64,000 nucleotides of DNA from Acidimicrobiales bacterium (GTDB lineage Bacteria; Actinomycetota; Acidimicrobiia; Acidimicrobiales; Bog-793). The notes beneath the pieces were generated by a model that was not told the origin of the DNA, searched no databases, and worked only from the letters and a program-made list of their open reading frames with translations. Location of the stretch: positions 9,069 through 73,068 of the forward strand of contig JBEKBX010000005.1 in NCBI GenBank assembly GCA_050015175.1. The letters are read 5' to 3'. Below are positions 52,522 to 62,145 of the stretch, piece by piece. Position 1 is the stretch's first letter; each line of letters starts with the position of its first letter. Made by a program: the position numbers and the translations under genes.

Positions 52522-55443
52522 TTACGCGAGGGCCGATTCGTGAGAGTCGATGGGTTCGCGGACGGGCTTTGGCCGGCGCCGTCGCCTGGGCGTGAACACC
52601 AGGAGAATGAGCGCGAGTACGCCTACACCGCTGGCAATAACCCCAAGTTTCGCGAGCTTGGCAGTGTAGACCCACGTCACCGTGAACTTGCCCGCCGGGA
52701 TCGAGACCGCTTGGAGTATCCCGAGCGGTCTCACGCGCACGGTCACCGACCGGCCCCCACCGGCCGGCGTGAGACGGGCGACCCAGCCCTTGTCGTAGGC
52801 CTCACTTCGGACGAGCACCGCCGGGCTAGGCGTCGAGACTACTGTCTCGGGGTTCTGCCATGGTTCGACGGGTGGGGTCGTCGATCGTGCAAGCGGCAGC
52901 AGCGGGGCAAGCGGTGTGGTGGATCCGGCGCGCTCAACCCAAGAGGCACCGCGAGTGAGCATGTTGGTGAACACAGGCAGGCCGCCGATCTCCGTCTGGT
53001 AGTGCCATTTCGGTGGTTCGAGCACGCCTTGGAGGACCTGGTTGAGAACCAGACGGTGGGTGAGGGGACCGGAGTTGACCGCCGTCGCGTGCACCGTCGT
53101 CACCGCGACGGCACCGACGACGACCGAGGAGCCACTCGGCGCCCCGACCTGGAGTCCGTACACGACCCTTCCGCTCAGCGTGACTTGGGCGTGCGAGCCC
53201 ATGATCGGCACGCCATGGTCGCCGACTACATGGCCATGGGCATTGAGGACGCCAACGGTGACGGTACTGGGCGTCTCTCTCTTGTAGGGCAGCACCACGA
53301 TGGTGACCGACTCGAGTGCTAGCGGGCCGGGAAGCATCCACGTCGACGAACGTCCCGGGGAGAGAAGAAACGGCGGAAGGTGTGGTAGCGGCTTGTCGGG
53401 CGCGATGGCATCCAGCGCTTTCGCCACCTCTTCGGTGCCGGGTGCCACCGGAGTACCGTGCGCGACCGGAATCGGTCGGTTGTCCGGGACCTCCGTGACA
53501 AGGTACTCGGGAAGTGTGACCAGCTCTCTGAGGTTCAGGATGTCGAGGTCCGAACGCGTGAGCGCGACCGGCTGCAGGTTCTCGACGTCGTGGGCGCCGG
53601 TGACCTGCTGGTAGCTGCCGGCGACGGCGGACGAGTAACCCTGGACGCTCGGGATCTGGTGCAGGATGCCGAGACTGAAGGGCCCGAGCGCGAGGATGGT
53701 CCCGCGGAGCCCCGAGGGCATGCTCTGCGCCGGATTGAAGATCGCGTAGCGGCCTTGGGGTCCCAGCAGCTTCTCGAGCTTGCCGACAGAGGCGTTGTTT
53801 CTTGCGATGGTCGTCTTGGCGGGGAATGTGTAGGACCCGTTGAGGACACACATCAACACGTCGGCGATGACGACGATGGTCACTAGCTTGCGACGGCCGC
53901 TAGAGCCGAGACCGGGGGCGCGCCACAGCAGGAGTGCTGCACCGGCAGAGATGACAAGCACGGCCGCAAAGTACGGGCTCAGATCTACGGCGAGCCTCGC
54001 GTGATAACCGGAGACGCCGAAGCCGCGCTGAATCGATCGCCCCAGCACGTAAGCGGCGAGTATGAGCAGCACCACGATGCCTATCGGTATGAGTCCGGCC
54101 AGGCGTTCATTCGGCGTGAGTCCCGGGTCGCCATCCGGTACCCGCTCTGGTGCCGCGCGGCGGGCGACCGTAGGCGACCTGAGCACGTCGACGAACACGG
54201 CGAGCAGCACCGCGAGACCGAAGTCCACTATCACGGCGTTGCGGTTCTGGAGGCGCTGGCCCCCGTAAAGCGGAATGTCGGCCAGAAGGTGGCCGAGCGG
54301 AGTGCTGGCGCCCGCCGAGAGCAGGACGCCCTCGATGATCAGTGCGTACCAGACCCCGAGAGGCCTCTCGCCTGTGCGCCTCCGCATCGCGCGCCTGAAG
54401 AGAGCGAAGGCCGCGACGAGTGGGACGATGCCGACCGCGTAGCTCAGCTCGGGAAGGTTGTAGGAGCCCAGATATCCCGGGAGGCCGAAGGTGCCGTTGC
54501 CGCCTACAAGGAATGGCACGAAAAGCAGTTCCAAGTCGTGCCACGACAACGATCCCGCTGCGAATCGGGTGTAGGTGACGGCCGCCCGTTCGGATTCGTG
54601 CAGGAAGCTGAGGCCTGGCAGCCACTGTGCCGTCGAGAGGAGCACGGCAAGGAGGGCGGCGGCGACGACGCCGACGCTGGCGACTGTGACACGCCTGCCG
54701 GTGCGCCACGCCCGCCAACAGAGAGCAAGGAAGTAGGTGACGACGATGAACGCGACACTGGAGGCAGCGCGAGGATCGCCAGCAAGTACGACGAGCCCAC
54801 CGCAGCCACCAAGCAGTGCGATCCAGCGCCGAGCCGCACGGGGATCGGGATGTGTTCCGAGCTCATGGACGGCAAGCAGCATCCAAGGCGTGAAGCTCAT
54901 GCCCTGCACGAGGCCGATGTGCACGGCCTGGCCGCTCATGAACCCGGCATACGTGAACGTCAAGGCTCCCAGTAGGGCCGCGAGAGGAGAGCAACCGAGA
55001 CGGCGCAGGAACACGTGCATCCCGATGCCGCAGATCACCGGGACCGCAGCGACATTGATCGTCCAAGCCGCGCCCGCCGGCAGGATGGCGAAGAGCCACG
55101 TACCTGGGTACAGCGATCCCGCGTTCCATCCTGCGAGCAGCGGCGTTCCGCTCCAGATGTACGGGTCCCACAACGGCAGCCGGCCGTGCCGCAACAGCTC
55201 GCCCGAGAGCACTCTCAGCGGGTAGTTCTGCGTCAGGTTGTCGGCCGTGCCGCTCCCGGGGAAGAGGGGTCTTCCCACGAGCGCGGGTGGGACTCCCATT
55301 AACAGAGGTATCGCGACGTAGAGCGCGACCGCCCACTTGTCCGCGCGCGCGACATGCGACCAGCGCCGGGGTATCGCTCCGGGAGCTTCGATTCCTTCCC
55401 GGTCCCGCGGACCGAGAGTCACAGTTGAGGGGAAGTGCGCCAT
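52522..55443 (-). CDS. YfhO-family-like large polytopic membrane protein (GT-C type glycosyltransferase candidate)
   Basis: 973 aa. N-terminal DNLTQNYPLRVLSGELLRHGRLPLWDPYIWSGTPLLAGWNAGSLYP resembles the YfhO N-terminal signature. More than 12 TM plus a large C-terminal extracytoplasmic domain and a final TM. Confidence 0.6.
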   Translation of the reverse strand: MAHFPSTVTLGPRDREGIEAPGAIPRRWSHVARADKWAVALYVAIPLLMGVPPALVGRPLFPGSGTADNLTQNYPLRVLSGELLRHGRLPLWDPYIWSGTPLLAGWNAGSLYPGTWLFAILPAGAAWTINVAAVPVICGIGMHVFLRRLGCSPLAALLGALTFTYAGFMSGQAVHIGLVQGMSFTPWMLLAVHELGTHPDPRAARRWIALLGGCGGLVVLAGDPRAASSVAFIVVTYFLALCWRAWRTGRRVTVASVGVVAAALLAVLLSTAQWLPGLSFLHESERAAVTYTRFAAGSLSWHDLELLFVPFLVGGNGTFGLPGYLGSYNLPELSYAVGIVPLVAAFALFRRAMRRRTGERPLGVWYALIIEGVLLSAGASTPLGHLLADIPLYGGQRLQNRNAVIVDFGLAVLLAVFVDVLRSPTVARRAAPERVPDGDPGLTPNERLAGLIPIGIVVLLILAAYVLGRSIQRGFGVSGYHARLAVDLSPYFAAVLVISAGAALLLWRAPGLGSSGRRKLVTIVVIADVLMCVLNGSYTFPAKTTIARNNASVGKLEKLLGPQGRYAIFNPAQSMPSGLRGTILALGPFSLGILHQIPSVQGYSSAVAGSYQQVTGAHDVENLQPVALTRSDLDILNLRELVTLPEYLVTEVPDNRPIPVAHGTPVAPGTEEVAKALDAIAPDKPLPHLPPFLLSPGRSSTWMLPGPLALESVTIVVLPYKRETPSTVTVGVLNAHGHVVGDHGVPIMGSHAQVTLSGRVVYGLQVGAPSGSSVVVGAVAVTTVHATAVNSGPLTHRLVLNQVLQGVLEPPKWHYQTEIGGLPVFTNMLTRGASWVERAGSTTPLAPLLPLARSTTPPVEPWQNPETVVSTPSPAVLVRSEAYDKGWVARLTPAGGGRSVTVRVRPLGILQAVSIPAGKFTVTWVYTAKLAKLGVIASGVGVLALILLVFTPRRRRRPKPVREPIDSHESALA

Positions 55444-55645
55444 GGGTTCCGCTGAACCATAGACGCGGCCACCGGTGCGGAGGCCAATTGTCGGATGCTG
55501 GCAGCATCCCCGCAGGCGATCGTGTCAGTTGTCTCCGTGGAGGTCGCCCGAACCGTTATCCTTCTGCACCAGCGCATCGGTGCAGCGTGCGGATGCGCGG
55601 GCGGCGGCGAAGCCGAAGGCTCGGCTCAGAGGGAACGACGTGCCA

Positions 55646-57484
55646 ATGTGGCCTTCAGGCAACATGCAGGCGGTGCGGAGACCGATGGTCGTGCCCGCGC
55701 TGGCGATCGGCGCCTACGCAGTTCTTGCCGCCCTGGCCTACTGGCCGGTCATGCCTCTGGACGCGAGCAAGCTGCCACATCCCTTCGGCGCAGGCGCGGG
55801 GGACCCGGCCCAGATGTCGTGGTTCCTCGCGTGGACGCCGTTCGCACTTGGTCACGGCCTCAACCCTTTCTTCACGAACTACATCGATTTTCCCCGTGGC
55901 GTGAACCTCGCCTCGAACACGTCCGTTCCCCTGCTCGGCCTCCTGGCGGCCCCGGTCACATTTGCGCTGGGCCCGGTCGCGTCCTTCAACCTCCTGATGC
56001 GCATCGCGCTCGCAGGCTCAGCCACCTCGATGTTTCTGGTCTCGCGGAGGTGGGCGAGCTGGTGGCCGGCCGCATTCGCGTCGGGGCTGGTGTACGGGTT
56101 CGGGTCGTACATGACATTCGAGGGCTCTGTTCACCTCGACCTCGCGTTCATGCCAATTCCTCCGATCCTGCTCTGGTGCCTCGACGAGCTGTTCGTGACC
56201 AGGAGGAGGTCGTCGATCAAAGTTGGCATCCTGCTCGGACTGTTGAGCGCCGCACAGTTCCTCATTGACCCGGAAATACTGGCGTACTGCGCCATCATGG
56301 CGGCGGTCGGCCTGATCATCCTGGCGCTCACTCACCACCGAGTAGTCCTTGCCCGCGTCAGGGAGGCAGTGCCCGGGCTGCTCGCGGCGTGCGTCTGCTT
56401 CGCGGCGATCGCTGGCTACCCGGTCGGGTACTTTCTGACCGGCCCCCGGCGGATCCCCGGCGGCATCCAGCCGGCCGCGGAGATCGCGTCGTTCCGGGTC
56501 GATCTGCTCCGACCCATCATGCGTGCGTCGCCGCAGCTGGCCAACTCGTCCGGCTACTTGGGTGTTCCGCTGCTGATCGGCCTGGTGGTACTGGTCCTGT
56601 GGTGGCGGAAGCTCGCTGTCATCCGGCTGTCGGTTGCGTGCGCGTGCGTCGCCTTCATTCTCTCGCTCGGTCCGCGCCTCACAGTCGACGGGCACACCTT
56701 GGGGATCTGGCTCCCGGAGGCGCTCTTCGAGCACGTGCCCGTTCTTGTCGACCTCGAGCCGGTCAGGATCACGGGCATCGAGATGCTCTTTCTGGCGATC
56801 GTCCTCGCGGTCGGTCTCGACCATACGAGGACCTGGATCCTCGAGCACTCGCGCGCCTGGCGGACGAAAGTGGAAGATCCCGCGCCTCGAGTGCGACCCG
56901 TCGCGTCCCGGATTCTGAAGGACCCAGTCCTGCAAACACGTGTCCTGCTCGTCTTGCTGGTCCTGGCCCTCGTCCCGCTCCTGGACCAGTTCCCCGTAGT
57001 CCGGGAGCAGCGTGCGACCTCGCCGCAACTCACCAGGTCGCTCTCGCGCGCGGTTCCGAACGGGGGCGTAGTCCTGTTTTTCCCTTACCCGCGTGCACAC
57101 AACGACGAGCCAATGCTGTGGCAAGCCATGGACGAGATGAGCTTCCGGCTTGTCGGCGGATATGCGCTCGTCCCCGGTGCGACGGGCAGGGGTAGCTACT
57201 ACATGGCGCAAGGTCCCGAGCTAAGCGCGCTCTCGTCCGTCCTCACCGGGACCTCAGTCGTTTCCGGGTCACCTGGGAGGACCTGTCGTTCGCTCGAGGC
57301 CGTGGTTCGCGACTACGACGTCGACGCACTGGCTCTTCGCACGAGCCCAGAGGCGATACGCACTCGCGGGACAGAGCTGTTGACCAAGCTCCTGGGCCCG
57401 CCCACCGCGAGCTTTGGGTCCGGCGTGGTGTGGTACGACGTTCCGGGGCGGAACTCCATCCGGGATTGTCCGCCGGCTTCTTAG
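55646..57484 (+). CDS. Polytopic membrane protein, GT-C-like (family not identified)
   Basis: ATG at 55646 (alternative 55664). AGDPAQMSWFLAWTPFALGHGLNPFFTNYIDFPRGVNL, many TM helices, and a soluble C-terminal ~130 aa. Divergent from the YfhO-like gene. Confidence 0.55.
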   Translation: MWPSGNMQAVRRPMVVPALAIGAYAVLAALAYWPVMPLDASKLPHPFGAGAGDPAQMSWFLAWTPFALGHGLNPFFTNYIDFPRGVNLASNTSVPLLGLLAAPVTFALGPVASFNLLMRIALAGSATSMFLVSRRWASWWPAAFASGLVYGFGSYMTFEGSVHLDLAFMPIPPILLWCLDELFVTRRRSSIKVGILLGLLSAAQFLIDPEILAYCAIMAAVGLIILALTHHRVVLARVREAVPGLLAACVCFAAIAGYPVGYFLTGPRRIPGGIQPAAEIASFRVDLLRPIMRASPQLANSSGYLGVPLLIGLVVLVLWWRKLAVIRLSVACACVAFILSLGPRLTVDGHTLGIWLPEALFEHVPVLVDLEPVRITGIEMLFLAIVLAVGLDHTRTWILEHSRAWRTKVEDPAPRVRPVASRILKDPVLQTRVLLVLLVLALVPLLDQFPVVREQRATSPQLTRSLSRAVPNGGVVLFFPYPRAHNDEPMLWQAMDEMSFRLVGGYALVPGATGRGSYYMAQGPELSALSSVLTGTSVVSGSPGRTCRSLEAVVRDYDVDALALRTSPEAIRTRGTELLTKLLGPPTASFGSGVVWYDVPGRNSIRDCPPAS

Positions 57485-57654
57485 AGTCGTCGGTCCGTGC
57501 CCGGTTGGTTCGCACCGCGTCTCTGGGAGCAGCGAGAACCGATTCGGCGCCGCCAGTTCTCGATCGGCGGATTCAGTTCGTAGTGGGCGGCGAATCCGGC
57601 CGAGGCTCAAGGAATCGCCTGAATGGGCCGATCATCTAAGTGAGCTAGCCATGC

Positions 57655-57696
57655 GTGCGCGACCCCCAGCGCCCCCCTGTCTGGGGGTCGCTGCAC
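57655..57696. other. Strong GC-rich hairpin in convergent intergenic region (possible bidirectional terminator or REP-like element)
   Basis: GCGACCCCCAG (57659..57669), an 11-nt loop, then CTGGGGGTCGC (57681..57691), a perfect 11-bp stem. It extends via GTGC/GCAC with one bulged T. Confidence 0.4.
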
Positions 57697-57842
57697 AAGC
57701 AGACATTCCCTCAACCGGTCCGCGCGCGACAGCCCGTCTGCCCGGTCAATCGCGGACAACGCCTTAGGCGCTAACACCTTCGAGTCTCCGACAAGCAGCC
57801 CGCGACGCGCCGTTTGCGAAGTGCGCGCAAATACTCGGGCAG

Positions 57843-57882
57843 CTCCCCCGAAAGCGGCGTGAGCCTTCTGCTTTCGGGGGAG
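57843..57882 (-). terminator. Hairpin 15 nt downstream of the NCS1 permease stop (candidate intrinsic terminator, no clear U-tract)
   Basis: CTCCCCCGAAAGC (57843..57855), a 14-nt loop, then GCTTTCGGGGGAG (57870..57882), a perfect 13-bp stem. On the minus strand only TATTTG follows. Confidence 0.45.
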
Positions 57883-57896
57883 TGCTGCATCACCTG

Positions 57897-59405
57897 TTAC
57901 GAGACGGGTACGTCCAGCCGCGCAGACGAGGCCTTTGCCTCCTTGCGGACGCTCGACATGGACAGGACCCAGTAGATAACGCCGGCGACGATCATCCCGA
58001 AGATCCAGCTGAAGTCGGCGCCATGTGTGGCGTTCGAAAGTGGAGACGCGTAGTTCAGTGGGTAGTAGTACGCCGCATCGATCCACATCATTGCTCCGAA
58101 CATGCCTGCCGCCAGAGCGACGAGCGCCTTCCAGTTGAAACCGCCGTTACGCCAGTACAGACCGCCTCGTTTCTCGGCCAGCGAAAGGACGTCATAGCGA
58201 CCACGGCGAAGCAGGTAGTCGACCAAGAGGATCCCGAACCAGGGTCCCAGCCACACCACTATGTAGTCGAGGAAGCCCGACAGGTCTGTGTAGAAGTTGC
58301 CCTTGAAGATCACAAGGGCCGTTACAGCACCGGAGATAACGGTGTCGACGAGCACGCAGCCCCACCTCTTGAGCGGGATCCCGATGGCCTGGAGCGTAAC
58401 TCCGGAGGAGTACATGTCGATGGAGTTGATCGCGAATAGCTGCGGGAGCGCGAGGATCAGGAAAGGCCAGAAGAACCAGCTGGCGAAGGCCGCCGGAACT
58501 GCAGCGGCTGCTGTGACCTTCGGGCTTACGAGATAGGCGGCTGCCCCGAGGAGCTCGAGCAGGATCGACGGGATCGCCCCTCCGAGCGTTGCGGCCCAGA
58601 AAGTCGACGCCTTGGGCGTGTCCCGAGGCAGGTAGCGCGAGTAGTCGGCGGCGTTCTCGGTCCAACCCAACCCACCGGCGGAGACGATGAGCACCACACC
58701 GGTCGTCCAGAGCCACCACGAGGTGTGCTGGTGCAAGCTGGTCACGTGAGCGTGCGGGATGACAAGGATTGCCATCACGATGAACACGACGATGAACACG
58801 TAAGACAGGTATCGCAGAACCTTGGTGATGGTCGCGTGGCCCAGGAAAGGAGCTATGAACTGCACGGCCACAGCACAGATGATCACGACGACCTTTGCGG
58901 CGGTGTCGAGGACCGTTCCTTCCCGGCTGAACATCGCCTCGACGATGAGCACGATTATGACGAGACCTTCGATCTCGAAGCCGACCTGGGTGATCCAGTT
59001 GAATAGGGAAGGGGCACGGTTGCCGTTGCGGCCAAAAGGAGCCCGGCTGACCATGAACGCAGTCGTGCCCGTCTCAGGACCGGGGAGGCTTGCTATCCCG
59101 AGGAACGCGTAGAAGATGTTGCCGATGAGGATCGCCCACACCGCTTGCCAGAACGAGAGCCCGAAAGAGACGATGAGGGCCCCGTAGACAAGGAACTCGA
59201 CGTTCCACATCGCGCCGGCCCACATCCAGAAAAGACCGGCAGGGCGCATCTTCCTGTCCGACTCTGGGATCAGCTCGATGCCGCGCTGCTCCAGTTTGCC
59301 TACCTGGTAGCCCTCGGTGCTCGGAGGAGCATCGAGGGCTAGGCCCCCGCCGCTCGCGCCACCCATCGCAACACCCGCGCCCTCCGCCGGCGTCATATCG
59401 TCCAT
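57897..59405 (-). CDS. NCS1 family permease (purine-cytosine / hydantoin-allantoin type)
   Basis: ATG at 59405 with GAGGAGAGG upstream. RGIELIPESDRKMRPAGLFWMWAGAMWNVEFLVYG and 12 TM, a typical NCS1 N-terminal signature. Confidence 0.85.
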   Translation of the reverse strand: MDDMTPAEGAGVAMGGASGGGLALDAPPSTEGYQVGKLEQRGIELIPESDRKMRPAGLFWMWAGAMWNVEFLVYGALIVSFGLSFWQAVWAILIGNIFYAFLGIASLPGPETGTTAFMVSRAPFGRNGNRAPSLFNWITQVGFEIEGLVIIVLIVEAMFSREGTVLDTAAKVVVIICAVAVQFIAPFLGHATITKVLRYLSYVFIVVFIVMAILVIPHAHVTSLHQHTSWWLWTTGVVLIVSAGGLGWTENAADYSRYLPRDTPKASTFWAATLGGAIPSILLELLGAAAYLVSPKVTAAAAVPAAFASWFFWPFLILALPQLFAINSIDMYSSGVTLQAIGIPLKRWGCVLVDTVISGAVTALVIFKGNFYTDLSGFLDYIVVWLGPWFGILLVDYLLRRGRYDVLSLAEKRGGLYWRNGGFNWKALVALAAGMFGAMMWIDAAYYYPLNYASPLSNATHGADFSWIFGMIVAGVIYWVLSMSSVRKEAKASSARLDVPVS

Positions 59406-59641
59406 AGCCTCTCCTCTTCCTCGACGGTACAGAAGTAGCTCATCCCACAGCACCAACGTAGCGATCTGAAGCCGACGCGACACGGATCATTGCGACCGCG
59501 GGACGTGTTGCCGGGTCCGCTGCAGTTGACGGCCGCATCCTTCTCAGCCTCAGGGTCCGCACGTCTACACGCTAGGGCCGAAAGCTGCTTGAGGAAAGGA
59601 GCGATCACGCGGGCAAGCTCCTGGTCGATCCGCCGCTGAGC

Positions 59642-60757
59642 TCAGTATTCGACTCGGGTGAGCGTCTCGGACTGAGTCGTCAGGGCGTCCAGAACGTTGA
59701 GGAGAACTTCGACGCCAAGTCCGGGGCCGGTTGGGACGGATATCGTGCCTTCGCGGAGCACGAACGGGGGGGTGATGTCCTCGTGGAAGTAACGGTCGGT
59801 GGCGGATATGTCGCCGGGCAGTGTGAACCCGGGAAGCGAGGCGAGTGCGAGATTCGCCGCCCGTCCGAGACCGGTCTCCAGCATCCCGCCGCACCACACG
59901 GGGACGCCCCTCGACAGGCAGACATCGTGAACAGCACGTGCCTCGAGGTAGCCCCCGACGCGTCCCGCCTTTATGTTCACGACCGAGCATGCGCCTAGCG
60001 AGATGGCGGTGACGGCGGTCTGGGCCGAGACGATCGACTCGTCGAGGCACACCGGTGTCATGATCTGTTGCGCGAGCTGCGCGTGGCCGATGAGGTCGTC
60101 TTCGTCCATGGGCTGCTCGATGAGAAGCAGGGAGAACCGGTCAAGCTGGGCGAGGTGACCGATGTCAGCGCGTCGGTACGCCGAGTTCGCGTCCACCTGC
60201 AGCATCAGGTCGGCTCCGAAGCGATCCCGGACCGCCTCGACCGGGACGAGGTCCCAGCCGGGCTGAATCTTGAGCTTCACCCTCCGGTAGCCGGCTTCGA
60301 GGTACTCCGATACCGAGTCCAGCAGCTCACCAACCGAACTCATGATGCCGACGGCGACTCCGGGTGTCACCTCTCCGGTGACTCCACCGAGGAAGGTACT
60401 GAGCGGGATACCGGCCACGCGCAGCTCTAGATCCAGTACCGCCATCTCCAAAGCGGCCTTTGCCATGCGGTGGCCCTTGTACTCGTGGAGGAGCGGTTGA
60501 ACCTCGCTGGCAGTCAGATGAGAGGCGCCGAGCAGCCTCGGCCCGAGGTAGCGCCGGATCGTGAGCCAGGCCGCCTCGACATACTCCGAACAGTAGAGAG
60601 GATCGGAACCCGCGACACACTCCCCCCAACCTTCGCCGTCGTCGGACTCCACGCGGACCAAGAGCGCTTCACGGACGGACTCGGTTCCGAGCGGCGTGCG
60701 GAAAGCTGACACCAGCGGCAGACGTACACGGCGCAGCTCGACGGAGCGCAGGTTCAT
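59642..60757 (-). CDS. Enolase-superfamily o-succinylbenzoate synthase / N-acylamino acid racemase
   Basis: ATG at 60757 (ATGA overlap with the upstream gene). RRVKLKIQPGWD (KxK), LMLQVDANSAY, LLIEQP, CLDES, VVNIKAGRVGG. The upstream 131 codons of the track ORF are antisense-like. Confidence 0.85.
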   Translation of the reverse strand: MNLRSVELRRVRLPLVSAFRTPLGTESVREALLVRVESDDGEGWGECVAGSDPLYCSEYVEAAWLTIRRYLGPRLLGASHLTASEVQPLLHEYKGHRMAKAALEMAVLDLELRVAGIPLSTFLGGVTGEVTPGVAVGIMSSVGELLDSVSEYLEAGYRRVKLKIQPGWDLVPVEAVRDRFGADLMLQVDANSAYRRADIGHLAQLDRFSLLLIEQPMDEDDLIGHAQLAQQIMTPVCLDESIVSAQTAVTAISLGACSVVNIKAGRVGGYLEARAVHDVCLSRGVPVWCGGMLETGLGRAANLALASLPGFTLPGDISATDRYFHEDITPPFVLREGTISVPTGPGLGVEVLLNVLDALTTQSETLTRVEY

Positions 60758-61950
60758 GGCTGAGCCATCGAGTTGCCCAGCATGGTGTAGGCGAGGAAGA
60801 CAAGCGGCAGCAGGGACGCGAACGCGACCACGACCGCGGTCCATGTCCGCGGGCGTACGACTTTTGCGACAGCGACGAGAGCCGGGAAGGTCCATGTCAG
60901 AAGACGCGGCTTGAACCCGAGGTTGTTGCTCGCAAAGAGCACCAGCACAACGCCGAGGCAGTAGGCGCGGACACAGGCGGGGAGCTTGGCTCGCCAGAGT
61001 GCAAACCCCCCGGCGGCCACGAATACCAGTCCTGTCCAGTCCAGCCAGGCGGGCCCTTGGAACCCGATCCTCCACAGGTGCGGCAGAAGCCCCAGGAGGG
61101 ATCGACCGTAGTCGACCGACACGCCCCATCCCTGATGCTGGAGGTGCCACCAGAAAAAGACGTCGTGATAGCGGGCCGAGAGAAAGACGAGGAAGGCGAC
61201 AAAGCCCGTCGGTACCAGGAACACGGCGTAGAGGGCACGTGGGGGTTCACGGTTTCGAAGGGCCTGGACGGCCGGCACGGCGGCCCCCAATGCCAGTGGC
61301 AGGGCCAACGGGCTGGTGGCGGTCGCGAATGCGCCGAGGATTCCCGCCCAGATCCACCTCTTGCGGACCATGAGGAGCAGGCTCGCGGCCGTGAAGGCCA
61401 GCCCGACGCATTCGCAGTAGAGGAGCCCCCACGAGATCGCCATACCGGGGAACAGGGTGAAGAGCACCGCTGCATTCCAGCCCGTCGGCTGGTTGACAAG
61501 AACCGTGCCGAGCCGCAGGACGATAAGCGTCGCGGCGCCACCACCGAGGATCGACACCACCAGGCCAGAAACGACCGCGGAGAGGCCGAAGAGGGTGAAG
61601 AAGTGGATGAGGGCGGGGAACACAGGCATGAACCCGGCCGCGCTGTAGGTCAGGCCGCCCCCCACGCGCGGAGCGACCGGCGGATAGCCGTGGACAGCGA
61701 TCGTGAGATACCAGCTCGAATCCCACGAGTGCAGCGGTCCGGAGAGGTTCGATCCATAGCTGACGTGTGCCGACAGAACGTCGGCAACCAGAAGAACGAT
61801 CCGGACCGCCGCGTAGATACCGAGAACGCGAATGGCAGGCGATCTCACGCTTCGCACTGCAAGTCGGACTGCACCCCGAGCACCTGTGCTCGGTTCGCTG
61901 GTCGGTGCTGTGTCCCTGTGTGCCGGGTTCGCGTCCGCGACGGTCACCAC
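60754..61950 (-). CDS. PIG-V-like (GT-C) mannosyltransferase family membrane protein
   Basis: GTG at 61950 or 61947 chosen. LHSWDSSWYLTIAVHGY motif typical of PIG-V-like mannosyltransferases, and about 10 TM. The upstream 332 codons of the 730-aa track ORF are Arg/Gly/Pro-rich and overlap the divergent gene. Confidence 0.7.
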   Translation of the reverse strand: MVTVADANPAHRDTAPTSEPSTGARGAVRLAVRSVRSPAIRVLGIYAAVRIVLLVADVLSAHVSYGSNLSGPLHSWDSSWYLTIAVHGYPPVAPRVGGGLTYSAAGFMPVFPALIHFFTLFGLSAVVSGLVVSILGGGAATLIVLRLGTVLVNQPTGWNAAVLFTLFPGMAISWGLLYCECVGLAFTAASLLLMVRKRWIWAGILGAFATATSPLALPLALGAAVPAVQALRNREPPRALYAVFLVPTGFVAFLVFLSARYHDVFFWWHLQHQGWGVSVDYGRSLLGLLPHLWRIGFQGPAWLDWTGLVFVAAGGFALWRAKLPACVRAYCLGVVLVLFASNNLGFKPRLLTWTFPALVAVAKVVRPRTWTAVVVAFASLLPLVFLAYTMLGNSMAQP

Positions 61951-62145
61951 GACGCCCCCCGCGCGGGGGTCGTGGCCACCTCCGTTGTCGGGCACGGCCA
62001 GATTCTGTCCCGTCCGGAGTGCTCCCGCCTGTCGTGGGGCTAGCAGGGTCGGGTCTTCGATCCTGGAGAGGCAAACGCCCAGCTCTGGTGACAGCTTCCG
62101 GAGCTCGGAGCGCTCTAGCCTTCGCTGGTGGCCGGGTTCGAGCTC

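Noticed and set aside
56018-57211. 397-aa ORF on the - strand
   Set aside because: It is antisense to the polytopic membrane protein gene (55646..57484). It is extremely Arg/Asp/Pro/Glu-rich and not protein-like.
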